Assembly (NCBI GenBank): GCA_040902745.1
Contig: JBBDWR010000012.1
Span: 44,171-108,170 of the forward strand
DNA length: 64,000 bases
Origin: Actinomycetota bacterium
GTDB lineage: Bacteria > Actinomycetota > UBA4738 > HRBIN12
Reading direction: 5' to 3'
Under the pieces are notes generated by a model, which had not been told where the DNA came from, did no database searches, and saw nothing but the letters and a program-made list of their open reading frames with translations. Each line of letters begins with the position of its first letter. Position 1 is the first letter of the stretch. The translations under genes and the position numbers were made by a program. Of this stretch, positions 18,267 through 28,110 are shown one piece after another.

Positions 18267-19681
18267 GCCGGGAAGGCGAAGCCCGGCGGAACCGGATCGC
18301 AGAGCTGGACCAGCCGCTGATGCAACGAGTCCACCTCGTCGGCGTAGCGGCTCCTGTTCACGACGTTCCGCAGCTCGGAGGGATCGCGATGCAGGTCGTA
18401 CAACTCGAGCTCACCGGTCTCGTACACGGAGTAGAGATAGCGCGGATCGCGGATCGCGCAGTAGGCCGGTACCTCCTTGTTGACGATCCCGAACGCCGCG
18501 TGCTCGATCAGGAACTCCTCACGCCAGGTCGGGTCGGTACCCGCCAACAGGGGCACCAGACTGGAGCCCTCGACCCCCGGCGCCGCGGTTCCGGCCACCT
18601 CTGCGATCGTGGGTGCGAGGTCCACGTTGAGCACGAACCGATCCTGCACGGTGTCCGCAGCGGTGATCGGGTCGTAGCGGATCGCCATCGGCACACGGAT
18701 GCTCTCCTCATAGGGAACGACCTTGCGGTCCCAGCGATGCTCTCCCCACAAGATCCCGTTGTCGGAGAGGAACACGACCAGCGTGTTCGACAAGCGTCCG
18801 GTGTCCTCCAGGGCGGTCAAGATCCGGTCGACCCCTTCGTCGGCGGCCAGCAGGCTCCGGTGCTGGTTGCGCCGGAACTCGTCCATCGCCGCCCGGGTCG
18901 CACCTCGCAGCCGCGATCGGGCACGGATGTACGCCGGCTTGTCGGCGATCCGGTCCTCGTTGTAGCTCGGCGGCCGCCAATCGGTCAGGTCGGAGAAGGC
19001 CGTCGCGTGCCGCGGCGCGGGCGTTGCCGGGCCGTGCGGTGCGTACGGGGTGAAGGTGAGGAACAGGGACTGCTCGGCGTCGGTCCCACGGATGAAGGAG
19101 GCGGCCTGCGCCGCGAGCACGTCTGTGGCATAGTCCTGCTCCGCGTCGCCGAATGCCGTGAGCACGCCGTCGTCCACGAGCGAGTAGTTGAAGTAGTCGG
19201 CGCGCTGGAACGCGAGCCAGCGGTCCCACCCCGGGGGCACGTACGGGCCCTCGTACTGGTTGAGGTACTTGCCGATCAGGGCGGTGCGATACCCCGCGTC
19301 GTGTAACCAGGTCGCGATCGTCGACGAGTCGTCGAACGCGGAGAACCCACCGAACGCACCGCCGTTCGAGTACACGCCCGTCGTGTGCGAGTACTTGCCG
19401 GTGAGGATGGTCGCGCGACTGGGACAGCACAACGGGTTGACGACGAAGGCGTTCGAGAATCCGATCCCCTTGTCGTAGATCTCCGAATGTACGGTCGGCA
19501 TCGTCTGCGGGGTGAGCGCCTCGTGGCGAAGATCGTCCATCACCACGAGGACCACGTTCGGTGGGGAGACAGGCAGCTCGCCCGCGCCGACGGGACCGGG
19601 CGCCGGCAACGCGAGCACGGCGACCACCGTCGCCGTCACCAGCGCGAGCGCGATATACGAGAAGCGTGCAGAGGAACGCAC
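18263..19681 (-). CDS. secreted sulfatase (formylglycine-dependent type)
   Basis: GTG start, signal peptide. NVVLVVMDDLR..NPLCCPSRATILTGKYSHTTG (C-x-P-x-R motif). Confidence 0.85.
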   Translation of the reverse strand: MRSSARFSYIALALVTATVVAVLALPAPGPVGAGELPVSPPNVVLVVMDDLRHEALTPQTMPTVHSEIYDKGIGFSNAFVVNPLCCPSRATILTGKYSHTTGVYSNGGAFGGFSAFDDSSTIATWLHDAGYRTALIGKYLNQYEGPYVPPGWDRWLAFQRADYFNYSLVDDGVLTAFGDAEQDYATDVLAAQAASFIRGTDAEQSLFLTFTPYAPHGPATPAPRHATAFSDLTDWRPPSYNEDRIADKPAYIRARSRLRGATRAAMDEFRRNQHRSLLAADEGVDRILTALEDTGRLSNTLVVFLSDNGILWGEHRWDRKVVPYEESIRVPMAIRYDPITAADTVQDRFVLNVDLAPTIAEVAGTAAPGVEGSSLVPLLAGTDPTWREEFLIEHAAFGIVNKEVPAYCAIRDPRYLYSVYETGELELYDLHRDPSELRNVVNRSRYADEVDSLHQRLVQLCDPVPPGFAFPA

Positions 19682-19774
19682 GGAGGTCCTCCGAGCAGGG
19701 GAGTCGTACGGGTCGAGACGGACGGTATCCCGCGATCGCTGTCCCCCGCAAGGGGGACCTTCGGCGGAGAGCCC

Positions 19775-20683
19775 TTAGTCGGCTCCGGCCGCCGAGCGAA
19801 CCTGCACGCCCGCGTCCTCCTCGAGCACGGTCACGAGCGCCGAATGATCGAGCTCCCCGCCGCCCGAGTCGACGAGCCGTTGCAGCTGCTCCACGACTCG
19901 TTCGAACGCCGGTGTCGGCACGCCGAGTTCCGCCGCGGTCTCCTCGATGATCCGGGCGTCCTTGCGATGGAGCCGGATCCGGAATCCGGGATCGAACGTC
20001 CCGGCGAGCATCCGCTGCCCGTGCACCTCGAGGATCTTGGAACCCGCGAAACCGCCCAGCAGCGCTTCACGAACCTTTGCGGGATCCACGCCGGCCTTCG
20101 CCGCCAGCACGAGCGCCTCGGCGACCGCCTCGATGTTCGCCGCGACGACGAGCTGGTTGCACGCCTTCGTCACCTGCCCGGCACCACTCGGCCCGACCAG
20201 CACGATGCTCTTGCCCAGCACCTCGAAGATCGGCATGGCCCGAGCGAAGTCCTCCTGGCGCCCCCCGACCATGATCGACAAGGCCCCCTCGATCGCACCC
20301 TTCTCGCCCCCAGAAACCGGTGCGTCTAGGAACCCCACCGCCTTCGCCGCGAACACCGCCGCCAGCTTCCGGGTAGCCCCCGGCGAGATAGAAGACATGT
20401 CGATGACCAACTGCCCCGCCCGCACCCCATCAACCACCGGATCCGGCCCCGACACCAACACCGCCTCCACATCCGGCGTGTCCGGCAACATCGTGATCAC
20501 CACATCAACCCGCCCCGCCACCTCCGCAGGACTCTCCCCCCGCTTCGCCCCCGCCGCGACCACCTCATCAACCGATCCCGCCGACCGCGAATGCGCCACA
20601 ACCTCGTACCCCGCCCCCAACAGATTCATCACCATGGGCTTGCCCATGATCCCCACCCCGACAAACCCCACCGTCTCCGTCAT
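19775..20683 (-). CDS. NAD(P)-dependent 3-hydroxyisobutyrate / 2-hydroxy-3-oxopropionate reductase family dehydrogenase
   Basis: VGFVGVGIMGKPMVMNLLGAGYEV Rossmann N-terminus. Family-typical length, 302 aa. Confidence 0.8.
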   Translation of the reverse strand: MTETVGFVGVGIMGKPMVMNLLGAGYEVVAHSRSAGSVDEVVAAGAKRGESPAEVAGRVDVVITMLPDTPDVEAVLVSGPDPVVDGVRAGQLVIDMSSISPGATRKLAAVFAAKAVGFLDAPVSGGEKGAIEGALSIMVGGRQEDFARAMPIFEVLGKSIVLVGPSGAGQVTKACNQLVVAANIEAVAEALVLAAKAGVDPAKVREALLGGFAGSKILEVHGQRMLAGTFDPGFRIRLHRKDARIIEETAAELGVPTPAFERVVEQLQRLVDSGGGELDHSALVTVLEEDAGVQVRSAAGAD

Positions 20684-20839
20684 TCAGCAACTCCCCATGT
20701 ACTCGATGTGATGTGGATCCCTCGTCGCTCCCAGATCACGGATCCCACGACCGGTCAGTAGAGCTCACGGACGAGGTGAGTCCGAGGAAGCCGGCGCCGA
20801 TGAGGCGACGGCGTTCGGGCCCACCTCGTCACGACCAGC

Positions 20840-22180
20840 TCAACCCCCGTCCATTGCCTGGTCCGCGATCTCCAGCGCCTTGTCCAAGACCTCGAACGCA
20901 GAAGCGAGCTCCTCCTCGGAGATGATCAACGGCGGGTTCGTCATGATCGTGTGCCAACGAACGAACGTCGCGACACCGTTGTCGAGAAGGAATCGATTGA
21001 TCGCGATCATCGTGTCGTTCATCGTGTTGAAGGGCGACAGCGGCTCCATCGTGTCGCGATCCTTCACGAGCTCGAGGATCCCGAACAGCCCGATGTTCCG
21101 ATGCAACCCGACGCTCGGGTGGCGCTCCGCGAGCTGCTCGTGATGACGCCGCAGCACCGGGTCCAGCTCGCGCGCGCGTTCGATCAGGTGCTCCTCCTCG
21201 AGCACCTCGATCGCCGCGATCGCCGCCGCGACCCCGAGCGGGTGTGTGTTGTAGGTCAGACCGCTCCAGAACACGTTGTCGGTGAAGTGGTCCGCGACCT
21301 CGGGCCGCAGGCCGACGGCGCCGAGTGGGGCGTAGCTCGATGTCAGCCCCTTCGCCGTCGTGATGATGTCGGGAACGACGTTCCATCGGTTCACGGCGAA
21401 CCACTCACCGCACCGGCCCCATCCGCACATCACCTCGTCGGCGATCATCAAGATCCCGTAGCGGGTGCACAGCTCGCGCACGCCTTCGAGGTAGCCGTCG
21501 GGCGGGATCAGGATCCCGTTGGTGCCAACAACGGTCTCCAGGATGAAAGCCGCGATCGTGTCCGGGCCCTCGAGCTGGATCGTCTCCTCGAGCAGACGCA
21601 GGCTCGTCTCGGCATCGTCCACCGGTCCCTGCGGCCCGTGGTACGGGTCGAGCACGTGCACGACGCCCGGCAATCCGGGCTCGTTCGGCCAGCGCCTCGG
21701 ATCGCCGGTCAGCGTCATCGCCCCGGTCGTCGCACCGTGGTAGCTGCGGTAGCGCGCGAGGATCTTGAACCGTCCGGGCCCCTGCACGAGCCGCGCGATC
21801 TTGATCGCGTTCTCGTTGGCCTCGGCCCCACCCAGGGAGAAGAAGGACTTCTCGATGTCTCCCGGCCAGAGTCCGGCGAGCTTGCGACCCAGGATCGCGC
21901 GCTCCTCGTAGGCCAGCAGCGGCGAGATGAACGGCAGCTTCTCGGCCTGGCGCTGGATCGCCTCGATCACCTTGCGGTTGCCGTGGCCGATGTTCACCGA
22001 CATCAGCTGGCTGTTCAGGTCCAGGTACCGCTTGCCGTCCACGTCCCAGAAATAGACGCCCTCGGCCTTGGCCACCGCGATCGGCGACGCCTTGGCCTGT
22101 GTCGTCCAGTCGTACATCGTGTACCGCTTGGAGAGTTCGACGATCTCCGTCGCGGACAGCGAGCCGCTCTGCTGGCTCAT
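20840..22180 (-). CDS. class-III omega-aminotransferase (beta-alanine/taurine-pyruvate type)
   Basis: Start ATG 22178-22180 overlaps the mmsA stop (ATGA). YFWDVDGKRYLDLNSQLMSVNIGHG..MIADEVMCGWGR..TTAKGLTSSY. Confidence 0.8.
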   Translation of the reverse strand: MSQQSGSLSATEIVELSKRYTMYDWTTQAKASPIAVAKAEGVYFWDVDGKRYLDLNSQLMSVNIGHGNRKVIEAIQRQAEKLPFISPLLAYEERAILGRKLAGLWPGDIEKSFFSLGGAEANENAIKIARLVQGPGRFKILARYRSYHGATTGAMTLTGDPRRWPNEPGLPGVVHVLDPYHGPQGPVDDAETSLRLLEETIQLEGPDTIAAFILETVVGTNGILIPPDGYLEGVRELCTRYGILMIADEVMCGWGRCGEWFAVNRWNVVPDIITTAKGLTSSYAPLGAVGLRPEVADHFTDNVFWSGLTYNTHPLGVAAAIAAIEVLEEEHLIERARELDPVLRRHHEQLAERHPSVGLHRNIGLFGILELVKDRDTMEPLSPFNTMNDTMIAINRFLLDNGVATFVRWHTIMTNPPLIISEEELASAFEVLDKALEIADQAMDGG

Positions 22181-23640
22181 CGCAACCTCTCTTCCACCTC
22201 GTGTCGGAACCATCGTGTCGTAGTGACCTTCGTTCGCGTGTAGAAGCGCCAGGCGTCCTCACCTTGGGTGTGCAGATCGCCGAAGAAGCTCCCCTTCCAT
22301 CCGGAGAAGGGGAAGGGTGCCATCGGGGCGGCGATACCGATGTTGACGCCGATCATGCCGGCCTCGGCGTGCCGCTTGAATCGCCGGGCATGATCGCCCG
22401 ACGTCGTGAAGATCGACGCCATGTTGCCGAACGAACTCGCGTTCATCAGTTCGATCGCAGCGTCGAGGTCGTCGGTGGTCGCCACCGAGAGGATCGGACC
22501 GAACAACTCGTCGCGCCACAGATGCGAATCGCTCGCCACGTCGTCGAAGACCGTGGGACCCAGATAGAACCCGTCGGAGCCGAGCAGATCCCGGCCATCG
22601 CGAACCAGGCGCGCACCACCGGCGATCCCCTGGTCGATGTAATCCGCCAGCTCTTTGCGGCGCTCGTCACGGATCACCGGCCCCATCTGGGTCGACGCGT
22701 CGTCGCCGGGGCCTACCTTCAGCTCACCCGCCGCGTCGGCCAGCTCGCGGGCGAGCACCTCTCCCACCTTGCCGACGCCGACGGCCACCGACCCCGCGAG
22801 GCAGCGCTGCCCCGCCATGCCGAAGGCGCTTGAGATCACCGCATCGATCGTGGGTTCGATCTCCGCGTCGTCCATCACGATCATGTGATTCTTGGCCCCG
22901 CCCAGCGCCTGCGAGCGCTTGCCGTGCGACGCCGAGGTCTCGTAGATGTACTTGGCCACCGGTGCGGAGCCGACGAAGCTGATCGCGTCCACGTCCGGGT
23001 GCGCGAGCAGCCGGTCGACGGTGTCCTTCGCGCCGTGCACGAGTTGCACGACCCCGGCAGGCAACCCCGCCTCGACCGCACATTCGACGAGGGCGACCGC
23101 CGACATCGGCGTGCGCTGCGACGGCTTCAGGATGAACGCGTTCCCCGCGGCGAGCGCGGGAGCCAGCATCCACAACGGGATCATCACCGGGAAGTTGAAG
23201 GGCGTGATGCCGGCTACGACGCCGACCGGGAACCGCGTGAGCTCCATGTCGATGCCCCGCGCGATCTGGTCCAGCCGCGGCCCTTGCAGGCCGGTCGGGG
23301 CGCCGCAGGCGAAGTCCACGACGTCGATCCCCCGTCGAACGTCGCCCCGAGACTCCTGCAGGGTCTTCCCGTTCTCCGCCGTGATGACCTTCGCGATGCT
23401 CTCGAGCTCGCGCTCCAGGATCTGCTTGAAGCGGAACAGCACCTGCGCTCGATCGGGCGCAGGTGTCTCACCCCAGTCGCGCTGCGCACGGACGGCCGCC
23501 TCGACGGCCGCGTCGATCTCCGCGACGCCGGCGTGCGGCAACTCGGCGATCTTCTGGCCGGTTGCGGGGTTCGGGATGTCTTCGACGGGTCCGGTGGCAA
23601 CGCGCCACTCGGATCCGATCAGGTTTGCGACGGTGTGCAT
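22177..23640 (-). CDS. mmsA: CoA-acylating methylmalonate/malonate-semialdehyde dehydrogenase
   Basis: 487 aa aldehyde dehydrogenase. The C-terminal FPFSGWKGSFFGDLHTQGEDAWRFYTRTKVTTTRW is typical of MmsA. Confidence 0.85.
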   Translation of the reverse strand: MHTVANLIGSEWRVATGPVEDIPNPATGQKIAELPHAGVAEIDAAVEAAVRAQRDWGETPAPDRAQVLFRFKQILERELESIAKVITAENGKTLQESRGDVRRGIDVVDFACGAPTGLQGPRLDQIARGIDMELTRFPVGVVAGITPFNFPVMIPLWMLAPALAAGNAFILKPSQRTPMSAVALVECAVEAGLPAGVVQLVHGAKDTVDRLLAHPDVDAISFVGSAPVAKYIYETSASHGKRSQALGGAKNHMIVMDDAEIEPTIDAVISSAFGMAGQRCLAGSVAVGVGKVGEVLARELADAAGELKVGPGDDASTQMGPVIRDERRKELADYIDQGIAGGARLVRDGRDLLGSDGFYLGPTVFDDVASDSHLWRDELFGPILSVATTDDLDAAIELMNASSFGNMASIFTTSGDHARRFKRHAEAGMIGVNIGIAAPMAPFPFSGWKGSFFGDLHTQGEDAWRFYTRTKVTTTRWFRHEVEERLR

Positions 23641-23667
23641 AGGTGGTGCACCTCCTGGGAACTTCGT

Positions 23668-24858
23668 TCAGTCACGAACGGCTGCCGACACGGTGCTCTC
23701 GGTAGCGGTTCCACCCCCCACGACATCCGCGGATCCGTCGATCACGTACGAGTGATCGGCAGCCCAGTGGATCGTCACGCGATCGCCCGTCCGCGGATCC
23801 TCGGCACCGACGCTGTCGTTCAAACGGTGCACCGCGAGGCGTTCACCGGTCGGAAGATCGACGATCAACTGGGTCACCGAGCCAAGGTACACAACCTCGG
23901 CAACCGTCCCGCTGACGTGCGAGGCGTCGGTCGCGGCGTCGGTACCGACCTCACCCGCGGCAAGCTTGATCCACTCCGGTCGTACCGTGATCTGCGCGGC
24001 CGGCGAAGCGACCCCGTTGTCAGGCGCCAGGATCCGCTGGCCGCCGCCGAGGTCCATCACCAGATACCCGGCCTCGCGGCGATCGACGCGGAGCGTGAGC
24101 AGGTTCGATGTCCCGATGAATCCGGCCACGAACGCGCTCGTCGGCCGCTGATACAGCTCGCGCGGTGTCGCGAGCTGCTCGACGACGCCGCCGTGCATGA
24201 CGGCGATCCGATCCGACATCGTCATCGCTTCTTCTTGGTCGTGGGTGACATAGACGAAGGTCGTACCGGTGCGTTGCTGAAGATCCTTGAGTTCCAGCTG
24301 CATCTCCTTGCGCAGCTTGAGGTCGAGCGCGCCCAGCGGTTCGTCCAGCAAGAGCGCCGCCGGCCGATTGACTAACGCGCGCGCCAAGGCCACCCGCTGC
24401 TGCTGTCCGCCGGACAGCTGGCCCGGGCGACGGTCCTCCATGCCCTCCAGCCGCACCGTGTGGATCACCTCGCGCACGCGTTCGTCGATGTCGCTGCGTC
24501 CCAGCTTGCGGATCTTCGGACCGAACGCGACGTTGTCGGCCACCGACATGTGCGGGAACAGCCCGTAGGACTGGAACACCATGTTCACGTTGCGCTTGGG
24601 CGGCGGAACGTTGGTCACGTCCCCGCCCTGCAGCACGATCCGGCCGGCGTCGGGTGACTCGAAGCCCGCGATCATCCGCAGCGTCGTCGTCTTGCCGCAC
24701 CCACTTGGGCCGAGCATCGAGAAGAACTCGCCGCCCGGGATCGTGAACGAGACGTCGTCGACGGCGGTAACGTCGCCGAACCGCTTGGTGACGGCCTCGA
24801 CGCGGATCTCCCCCTCGTGCTGGGTCGCCGCCACCGTCGTGTCGCTGTCGATCGCCAT
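23668..24858 (-). CDS. ABC transporter ATP-binding protein (PotA-like)
   Basis: Walker [10 protein letters not shown], signature [15 protein letters not shown], Walker B LLLDEP. C-terminal TOBE-like extension. Confidence 0.9.
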   Translation of the reverse strand: MAIDSDTTVAATQHEGEIRVEAVTKRFGDVTAVDDVSFTIPGGEFFSMLGPSGCGKTTTLRMIAGFESPDAGRIVLQGGDVTNVPPPKRNVNMVFQSYGLFPHMSVADNVAFGPKIRKLGRSDIDERVREVIHTVRLEGMEDRRPGQLSGGQQQRVALARALVNRPAALLLDEPLGALDLKLRKEMQLELKDLQQRTGTTFVYVTHDQEEAMTMSDRIAVMHGGVVEQLATPRELYQRPTSAFVAGFIGTSNLLTLRVDRREAGYLVMDLGGGQRILAPDNGVASPAAQITVRPEWIKLAAGEVGTDAATDASHVSGTVAEVVYLGSVTQLIVDLPTGERLAVHRLNDSVGAEDPRTGDRVTIHWAADHSYVIDGSADVVGGGTATESTVSAAVRD

Positions 24859-24878
24859 GGTCCGCTACCTTTCGCTGG

Positions 24879-25757
24879 TTACGAGGTCTCGATCTGATTG
24901 AGTTTCGCGAGGCGATACGCCACCAGGGCGAACACCCCCGTGAGCACGAGCATGATGAAGTTCAGAGCCGAACCGGCACCCCAGTTCACGTCCTGCAGGA
25001 TCAGGTCGCGCACGCGCTGACCCATCATGTACGAGTTGGTCCCACCGACGATGTCGGAGGTCACGAAGTCCGTGAGCATCGGGACGTAGACCAGGATCAG
25101 CGCGATGAAGATACCGGGCGCCGCCAACGGGATCAGGATCCTGCGAGCTTGTACCCACCACCCCGCACCCAGATCGGTCGCGGACTCGAACACGGTCGGA
25201 TCGATCGCCTTCATCGCCGCGTAGATCGGGATCGTCGTATACGTGATGTAGGTGGCGCCCAGCGTCAGGATCACGGCGAACTGGCTGAAGATCAGCCAGC
25301 TCACGGGCGGGCCGGGGATCAGCCAGTTCACGATCCCTTCTCTTCCGAGGATCACCTGCCAGGCGTACACCTTGACGATCGGCGCCAGCTCGTCGGCCAA
25401 CACGAGCGCGAGCAGGATCACCAGCTCGAGCCTGCCCGCCTTGAACACCATGTAGTAGGCGAGCGGGATCCCGACCACGAGCATCACCGCCATCGCGGTG
25501 GTCGCGATGAAGACCGTGCGTATCGCGATCTGCAGGTTGAGCGAATTGGTAAGCACCGACGGGTAGTTGTCGAGGCTGAACGCGGTGTCCAATGGCGGAG
25601 CGGCCTCGAAGCTCACCTTCACCATCAGCAGCATCGGCGCCAAAAACAGGATCAGGAGCAGGGTGACGGGCGTGAACAGGATGCCGAACGCGCCCCTTGC
25701 CGAGCTCCCCGTGCGCGACGGGAGCGGCGTCTCCAGGACTTCGGTGGCGCTGGCCAT
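24879..25757 (-). CDS. ABC transporter permease (PotB-like)
   Basis: Real start ATG 25755-25757 (MASATEVLE..), ATGA overlap with the upstream permease. EAA-type loop ESATDLGAGWWVQARRILIPLAAPG. Confidence 0.85.
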   Translation of the reverse strand: MASATEVLETPLPSRTGSSARGAFGILFTPVTLLLILFLAPMLLMVKVSFEAAPPLDTAFSLDNYPSVLTNSLNLQIAIRTVFIATTAMAVMLVVGIPLAYYMVFKAGRLELVILLALVLADELAPIVKVYAWQVILGREGIVNWLIPGPPVSWLIFSQFAVILTLGATYITYTTIPIYAAMKAIDPTVFESATDLGAGWWVQARRILIPLAAPGIFIALILVYVPMLTDFVTSDIVGGTNSYMMGQRVRDLILQDVNWGAGSALNFIMLVLTGVFALVAYRLAKLNQIETS

Positions 25758-26656
25758 CAGTGTCTCGCCGCCGCTTCGACGCCCTCGGTCTGCACGAGCG
25801 CGGCGGTCCCTCCACGCGACTTCAGCAACCACACGGCAAGTCCGATCATCCCGACCTGCAGCACCGAGATCAGCGTCGAGATCGCGTTCACGATCGCCGT
25901 GTGCTCGGGGTTCCGGACGTTGGAGTAGACCCACACAGGGAACGTCTGCTGGAACCCGAGCGTGAACGCGCTGATCTCGTAGTTGTTGAACGACCAGGTG
26001 AACGCGAAGATCGCCGCCGCCCCGAGCGCGGGAGCGATGTGCGGCAAGATGATATGGCGCAGTACTTGAAGCCGCGAGCACCCCAGGTCGATCGCGGCCT
26101 CCTCCTGCACCTTCTGGAACCGGAACAGCTGCGCGGCAACGATCGCTGTGACCAGCGGGAACGTGCAGACCACCTGTGTGGCGATGACCGTTCGCAGACT
26201 GAGGCTGACCTCCAGGCGGCTGTAGAACATCAACGCGGCGATCCCGACGACCAACCATGGCAACACGAGGGGGGCACCGACCAACCCGCTGACCGCGCCG
26301 TGCCCGCGGAAGCGGAAGCGGGTGATCCCGAACGCGCACAAGGTCCCGAGCACCAGGCATGCGGGCGCGACCACGAACGCGACCGCGAAGGAGTTCCCGA
26401 GCGCCTGGCGCAACAACTGGTCGTCGAAGGCGGCGCCGAACCAGCGCAGCGTGACCCCCTCCAACGGGAACGCGAGGATGCTCGAATCGTTGAAGCTGAA
26501 CAGGAACAGGATCAGGATCGGCCCGAACAGGAACACCGCGACCGCACTAAGGAACAGCCGCCACAGCCAGGTGTTCGCCACCTGGCGCGACGATCGCGCG
26601 TGTGCCGGTGCCGGGACGCTGATCCCGACACCGGCCGGTCGCGCGACGTCCGCCAT
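25757..26656 (-). CDS. ABC transporter permease (PotC-like)
   Basis: LFLFSFNDSSILAFPLEG.., EAAIDLGCSRLQVLRHIILPHIAPAL. ATG directly abuts the SBP stop TAG. Confidence 0.85.
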   Translation of the reverse strand: MADVARPAGVGISVPAPAHARSSRQVANTWLWRLFLSAVAVFLFGPILILFLFSFNDSSILAFPLEGVTLRWFGAAFDDQLLRQALGNSFAVAFVVAPACLVLGTLCAFGITRFRFRGHGAVSGLVGAPLVLPWLVVGIAALMFYSRLEVSLSLRTVIATQVVCTFPLVTAIVAAQLFRFQKVQEEAAIDLGCSRLQVLRHIILPHIAPALGAAAIFAFTWSFNNYEISAFTLGFQQTFPVWVYSNVRNPEHTAIVNAISTLISVLQVGMIGLAVWLLKSRGGTAALVQTEGVEAAARH

Positions 26657-27775
26657 CTAGCCGGCCTTCACCTCTGTCCACGCCGCCCGCCACGCCGACG
26701 GATCGTCAGGTGGGCTGGCGGGCAGAGCGTTCTCCAGATCGTAGAGCGAGTCCAGGGACGCCTCTTCGACCACCTCCGGCGGCACCGCGTCGATGATGCC
26801 CTGGTTGGAGGTGAGGTAGTTCCAGTTGGTCGCCGCGTAGATCTGTGGCGGTAGCGACGTGTAGTAGTTCAGCAGTGCGTACGCGGCGTCGATCGCGTCC
26901 GGGTTGGCCTCCGAGGAGATGCCGTACCCGCAGGTCCACAGCATCTGGCCTTCCTTTGCCGCCGCGAACTGCACGTTGACGCCGTCCTTGCGCAGTTGCT
27001 TGGCCGTCCCCGGGTACCCCGACGCGATCACGATCTCGCCGTTCTTGAACAGCGACTTCACCGCGGCCTCGCCCTTCCAGAACGTCCGGAAGTTGTCCTT
27101 GTGATCGATCAGGAACTGCTTGGTTTCCTCCAGCTGTTCGGGCGTCATCTCGAGCGGGTTCTCGATGCCGTTCGCGAGCGCGGCCACGTCGATCGCCGTC
27201 ACGCTGAGGTCTTCGAGCGCCGCGCGGCCCTGGTACTGCGGGTCGAACAGGTCCAGCCATGAGTCGGGCGGGGTCGTGATCTCGTCGGCGTCGTACATGA
27301 TACCCGCCGTTCCCGCGTCGACCGGCACGAGGTAGACCTGACCGTCCTTCTGGACACCTGGCATCTCCTTCATAGCCGGCCAGATCTCGTCCCAGTGCTC
27401 CAGTCTGCTGACGTCGAGCGGTTGGTACATGCCCAGGTCGACCATCTGGGCGGTCGCCTCCTCGACGCAGCTGTTCACGACATCCGCCTCGAACCCGGCC
27501 TGCAGCTGAGCGATCGCTTCGTCGCCGGAGCCGAAGGATTTTGACTCGAGCTGGACCTCCGGGTATTCCTCCTCGAAGGGACCGATGTACTCGGGTTCGA
27601 ATCCGTCGGCGTAGGAGAAGAGTCTGAGCGTGCCGGACGGCTCGCCGGGGGCCGCCGAGGCTCCGTCGTCGCCTCCGGCAGAGGGGTCATCTCCCCCACC
27701 GCAGGCCGCCGCGACGAGCGCGAGGGTGAACAAGAGTGCAACACCGATCAAGGTTCGCCGAGAGAGCCGGGCCAT
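26657..27775 (-). CDS. PotD-like periplasmic substrate-binding lipoprotein (paralogue 1 of 3)
   Basis: Start trimmed to ATG 27773-27775. Lipobox LVAAAC. Aligns by eye with 33537..34646 and 36492..37598. Confidence 0.85.
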   Translation of the reverse strand: MARLSRRTLIGVALLFTLALVAAACGGGDDPSAGGDDGASAAPGEPSGTLRLFSYADGFEPEYIGPFEEEYPEVQLESKSFGSGDEAIAQLQAGFEADVVNSCVEEATAQMVDLGMYQPLDVSRLEHWDEIWPAMKEMPGVQKDGQVYLVPVDAGTAGIMYDADEITTPPDSWLDLFDPQYQGRAALEDLSVTAIDVAALANGIENPLEMTPEQLEETKQFLIDHKDNFRTFWKGEAAVKSLFKNGEIVIASGYPGTAKQLRKDGVNVQFAAAKEGQMLWTCGYGISSEANPDAIDAAYALLNYYTSLPPQIYAATNWNYLTSNQGIIDAVPPEVVEEASLDSLYDLENALPASPPDDPSAWRAAWTEVKAG

Positions 27776-27849
27776 CGCGATACCCCTCCTTAGTGTGCCG
27801 GCCGAGCGACCGTACACGCCTTGTCGCCCGCACGGTAGGCAAGATGACA

Positions 27850-27869
27850 GTAGATTGTCAACCGTTAAC
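27850..27869. promoter_or_regulatory. palindromic operator site (15/20)
   Basis: GTAGATTGTCAACCGTTAAC, about 75 nt upstream of the SBP start at 27775. Confidence 0.5.
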
Positions 27870-28110
27870 CGAGCATCTCACCCTGCCCCCGTCCTCCACC
27901 GTGACCTCGGGTGACAACACGAGCGATCACCACACCGGCCGCGGCTCGCGTCAGATGCGCATCGTCTGCCCGCACCATCCCGACGATCCGGCCGTGTGTG
28001 TCGGGATCCGGTCCCATGTCGGTTGCTTCGGAGCCTTCGCCTCCAGCCATGCGACCCCCTCTCGTGATGCCGCGATCGTAGACGGGTCCGTTGCCGACGG
28101 TCGAACCGCC

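Noticed and set aside
27865-28050. 61-aa ORF (MAGGEGSEATDMGPDPD..) in the 335-bp gap between the GntR gene and the ABC-1 promoter, plus a 15-nt identity (CATGTCGGTTGCTTC) between 28016-28030 and the grdA start region 40021-40035
   Set aside because: The ORF has a Gly/Arg-rich composition with no motif. A few chance 15-mer matches are expected in 64 kb of biased sequence. I cannot support a gene or a shared leader element. The gap is noted only as unusually long.
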